Below, piece after piece: positions 55,196 through 57,362 of a DNA stretch of 57,362 nt (position 1 is the stretch's first letter; every line of letters begins with the position of its first letter). The position numbers and the translations under genes are program-made. Below the pieces are notes generated by a model that saw only the letters and a program-made list of their open reading frames with translations, was not told the origin of the DNA and did not search any database. Origin of the DNA: Oscillospiraceae bacterium (GTDB lineage: Bacteria > Bacillota > Clostridia > Oscillospirales > CAG-272); assembly GCA_015065175.1 (NCBI GenBank), contig SVQV01000002.1, positions 1 through 57,362 on the forward strand, written 5' to 3'.

Positions 55196-55369
55196 ATGAA
55201 AACATTGTACGAACAACTTGGTGGAACCTATCGTGAAGAAAACGGGCGTCTTATACCGGAAATGAAACTGCCCGAACAAACCAATTACAAAATTGGCAAG
55301 TACGGGCAGTTTTATCTTGACTATATTAAAAACCACTGTCGCGGAAGAGACACCACTCTACTAATGTAA
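55196..55369 (+). pseudogene. Truncated TnpV-like gene (N-terminal ~57 codons only)
   Basis: MKTLYEQLGGTYREENGRLIPEMKLPEQTNYKIGKYGQFYLDYIKNH matches the TnpV N-terminus as I recall it. The frame ends exactly at the junction with repeat copy C. Confidence 0.65.
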
Positions 55370-55545
55370 ATAATACGTCATAAAAACTTGAAAAAACAAT
55401 GCCATTTATTACATAACATATTTTTTGCAACATGCGACAGAATAATAACAGAGTCAAGAAACAGCGAGCCGCAGAGCTCCTGATTTTCGCGGCTCGATTA
55501 ATATAGATTTAAAATTTAAAAACAGGAGAATTCTATAATGTCCAA
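55365..55545 (+). repeat. SASP-gene 5' region repeat, copy C (native leader of the intact SASP gene)
   Basis: Collinear with copy B from TGTAAATAATACG through ATGTCCAA. Confidence 0.85.
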
Positions 55546-55738
55546 GAATAAAGTTGTAGTACCCGAAGCACAGGCAGCTCTTGATAAGTTCAAGATGGAA
55601 GCCGCAAGCGAGGTTGGTGTAAATCTTAAAGAAGGTTATAACGGCGATCTCACATCCCGTCAGGCAGGCTCAATCGGCGGCCAGATGGTTAAGAAGATGA
55701 TCGAGAAGTACGAAAACGACATCAAGAATAACGGCTGA
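55538..55738 (+). CDS. Alpha/beta-type small acid-soluble spore protein
   Basis: 66 aa with the SASP signature VPEAQAALDKFKMEAASEVGV...LTSRQAGSIGGQMVKKMIE. Confidence 0.92.
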   Translation: MSKNKVVVPEAQAALDKFKMEAASEVGVNLKEGYNGDLTSRQAGSIGGQMVKKMIEKYENDIKNNG

Positions 55739-55760
55739 GTTTATTAAATACGGCAGTTTG

Positions 55761-55796
55761 GCTGTCTCGGGCAATAATGCTCGGGACAGCTTTTTT
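55761..55796 (+). terminator. Rho-independent terminator of the SASP gene
   Basis: 12-bp stem GCTGTCTCGGGC/GCTCGGGACAGC (two G-U pairs) followed by TTTTTT. Confidence 0.8.
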
Positions 55797-55855
55797 ACAT
55801 CATTATAATAGCTATACGCTCTGAATCCGCATTTTGGATTTTTTCGTTTAAGGGA

Positions 55856-55884
55856 TTGACTTTTTATTTTATTTATGGTATAAT
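55856..55884 (+). promoter_or_regulatory. Sigma-A promoter with extended -10
   Basis: TTGACT, 17 bp, TATAAT, preceded by TGg. Confidence 0.55.
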
Positions 55885-55888
55885 AACT

Positions 55889-55961
55889 AAAGAAGAAACA
55901 CGAACTTTATTAAAGTTTGATTGAACAAACGTTTTCGTTTGGCGGTGTTTCTTCTTTTTTT
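55889..55961 (+). ncRNA. Candidate ~70-nt structured small RNA (three helices plus U-tail)
   Basis: It starts a few nt after the -10. A 13-bp closing stem AAAGAAGAAACAC/GTGTTTCTTCTTT encloses the hairpins AACTTT-att-AAAGTT and CAAACG-tttt-CGTTTG, followed by a T-run. No ORF. Confidence 0.35.
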
Positions 55962-56118
55962 ATTTCTTCGGATATTTCCAAGGCAAAGGCTCGTTTTCAA
56001 AATAAATTTGTTTATCTTTTCTTACACGTTTACCTATATACATAGGAGCTCTATCTTTTGGATTAGGATTAGGATAAACATACTCATTTAAATGTCTACC
56101 GTCTTTTGGAGAATGCAT
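55960..56118 (-). CDS. AT-rich 52-codon ORF, possibly the C-terminal remnant of a lost gene
   Basis: MHSPKDGRHLNEYVYPNPNPKDRAPMYIGKRVRKDKQIYFENEPLPWKYPKK. The frame stays open upstream without an RBS, and no family is recognised. Confidence 0.2.
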   Translation of the reverse strand: MHSPKDGRHLNEYVYPNPNPKDRAPMYIGKRVRKDKQIYFENEPLPWKYPKK

Positions 56119-56184
56119 TACTTTACGATATTTATAGTTATCTTCTGTTTCACCAACACTGGATATGCAAAATGAAAAAAACTG

Positions 56185-56213
56185 TTGACAACGGAGAAAA
56201 AATATAATATAAT
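56185..56213 (+). promoter_or_regulatory. Consensus sigma-A promoter of the lipoprotein gene
   Basis: TTGACA, 17 bp, TATAAT. Confidence 0.65.
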
Positions 56214-56246
56214 AATAAACGTATAAAATTAAAAAAGGTGGATGTT

Positions 56247-56912
56247 ATGAAAAACAGTCTGTTAAAATCCTTGACGTTGCTTTTACTTATAGTTGGATTG
56301 GCGGCGGTAATTTGCGGATGCTCGGGAAGAATTGATTTTGATGTGAATAAGAAGCCCGAAGGAACAACGCAGACCCCTGAAACCACAAAAGCGGCAGAGA
56401 CGACAAAGGCAATAGTGACTACTGAAATAGAAAATACAACAAGCTTACCGGAATCAACCGAAGCGCCGGTTACCACAAAGGCTCCCGAAACAACCGAGGC
56501 GCCGACAACGACAAATGCTCCTGTATTGACAGAAGCTTACACAACGACAGTGACACCAACAACCGATGCCCCCGTGACAACAGCTTCGCTGACGACTGCA
56601 GAGGTAACGACTGCAGAGGTTACGCCCCCCGTGACGACAGCTCCTGTTACCACGTCACCTGAGTGGGAAGATAATTATTGGGAGGACGATTATTGGGAGG
56701 ACGATTATTGGGAAGACGACGATTATTGGGAAGATCCCGCACCGATCGTTACAACAGCGCCTGTTACCACAACACCTGTAACAACAGTTCCGGAGACAAC
56801 AGCAGCGCCCGTTACAACAACGCCCGTGACTACGGCTCCTGTAACAGTTACCCCTCCTGTGACCACATCGCCCGAGGATGATGGGAAAGACTGGACAAAA
56901 CCTATTAAATAA
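56247..56912 (+). CDS. Thr/Pro-rich lipoprotein with acidic DDYWE tandem units
   Basis: ATG 56247 behind AAGGTGGA. Signal peptide with a lipobox (LAAVICGC). Many (A)PVTT/PETT repeats and WEDNYWEDDYWEDDYWEDDDYWED. Confidence 0.75.
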   Translation: MKNSLLKSLTLLLLIVGLAAVICGCSGRIDFDVNKKPEGTTQTPETTKAAETTKAIVTTEIENTTSLPESTEAPVTTKAPETTEAPTTTNAPVLTEAYTTTVTPTTDAPVTTASLTTAEVTTAEVTPPVTTAPVTTSPEWEDNYWEDDYWEDDYWEDDDYWEDPAPIVTTAPVTTTPVTTVPETTAAPVTTTPVTTAPVTVTPPVTTSPEDDGKDWTKPIK

Positions 56913-56924
56913 TTATAACATATA

Positions 56925-56960
56925 GAAACCGCTATTGTTTTTGAAGCGGTTTCTTTTTTT
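56925..56960 (+). terminator. Rho-independent terminator
   Basis: GAAACCGCT-n11-AGCGGTTTC followed by TTTTTTT. Confidence 0.8.
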
Positions 56961-57076
56961 GTAGGTGAACGAAAAAGGTGTTTGTGCATTTCGCCAGTTT
57001 TAAGCCTGATGATTTGGTGATTTCGGATACAAAACGGCAAAAAGCGGATTTTGTACAAAAAAATTCAAAAAACCCC

Positions 57077-57105
57077 TTGACAAATAAAAAACAAAGTGGT
57101 ATACT
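57077..57105 (+). promoter_or_regulatory. rrn-type promoter P1 (putative)
   Basis: TTGACA, 17 bp, TATACT with an extended -10 TGg and an A/T-rich upstream tract. Confidence 0.5.
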
Positions 57106-57194
57106 AATCGGGCACCGCAAGAGAGACAAGCACTTTTGAGGTGAGTACATCGAAAAAAACTTTGAAAAAACTTAAAAAAGTTTTGAAAAAGGTC

Positions 57195-57223
57195 TTGACA
57201 AAGACAAAAAGATGTAGTATAAT
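57195..57223 (+). promoter_or_regulatory. rrn-type promoter P2 (putative)
   Basis: TTGACA, 17 bp, TATAAT behind a GAAAAAA-rich UP-like tract. The downstream leader (TCTTTGAAAATTGAACAA...) resembles Firmicute rRNA operon leaders. The window ends before any 16S sequence. Confidence 0.5.
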
Positions 57224-57362
57224 AACAAAGTCGCTGACAGGAAAGCCTGTCTGCGCATCGGTCTTTGAAAATTGAACAACAGAATTTCGAACACAAATTG
57301 TGTAAAGGAATCTCGTTAAAACACATTGAGAAAAACTCAAAAAGTAAAAGAAGCTAAGATAA

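Noticed and set aside
56678-57058. 67-aa plus-strand and 111-aa minus-strand ORFs overlapping the lipoprotein gene and its terminator
   Set aside because: They are alternative-frame products of the Thr/Pro repeat DNA (Gly/Val/Thr low complexity) and have no start context.
57224-57362. Start of a 16S rRNA gene
   Set aside because: The sequence after the second promoter looks like an rrn leader, but the conserved 16S 5' end (AGAGTTTGATC...) is not reached before the window ends.

Overview
57.4-kb chromosomal window from a spore-forming Firmicute. It looks like Clostridia (Oscillospirales/Ruminococcaceae-like), judged only by eye from GroEL, the spoIIA operon and an alpha/beta SASP gene. No searches were run. 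All family calls are motif recognition on the supplied ORF translations. Layout: (1) 1-9.1 kb is housekeeping (DtxR-family regulator, Nnr, tandem RadC, ComM/YifB, PncB). (2) 9.1-20.9 kb is an orphan carbohydrate-type locus: two large GH-like proteins sharing a CTCExC motif, an MFS transporter, a metallophosphoesterase, a PnuC-like protein, AraC, a sugar-phosphate isomerase, a PIG-L deacetylase and a ROK regulator. (3) 20.9-37.1 kb is the main finding. It is a compact block of 16 co-oriented, intact phage head/fibre genes (TerS, TerL, portal, scaffold-like, decoration-like, capsid, two giant distal proteins, holin-like). I recognise no integrase, replication, regulatory, tail-tube/tape-measure or endolysin gene next to it. 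It sits directly against groESL, and I read it as a candidate domesticated GTA-like particle locus rather than a prophage. A 39-nt motif occurs twice inside it, and a 215-bp repeat-dense element bracketed by two inverted copies of the groEL terminator marks its boundary. (4) 37.4-42.5 kb holds groESL with a perfect CIRCE operator, spoIIAA-spoIIAB-sigF and a hypothetical membrane protein gene. (5) 42.5-50.9 kb holds an AT-rich DUF4143-type ATPase insertion beside a relic of an oxidoreductase gene, then a sugar-acid-type locus with tandem AraC paralogues. (6) 50.9-57.4 kb is a mosaic region. It contains three copies of a SASP-gene 5' region (two fused to an identical 23-codon ORF), a 2 x 124-bp tandem repeat, phage tape-measure and TnpV gene fragments, a GH operon behind 21-bp-phased direct repeats, one intact SASP gene, a candidate small RNA, a Thr/Pro-rich lipoprotein, and two rrn-type promoters at the right edge. 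No tRNA, rRNA body or CRISPR array was seen.
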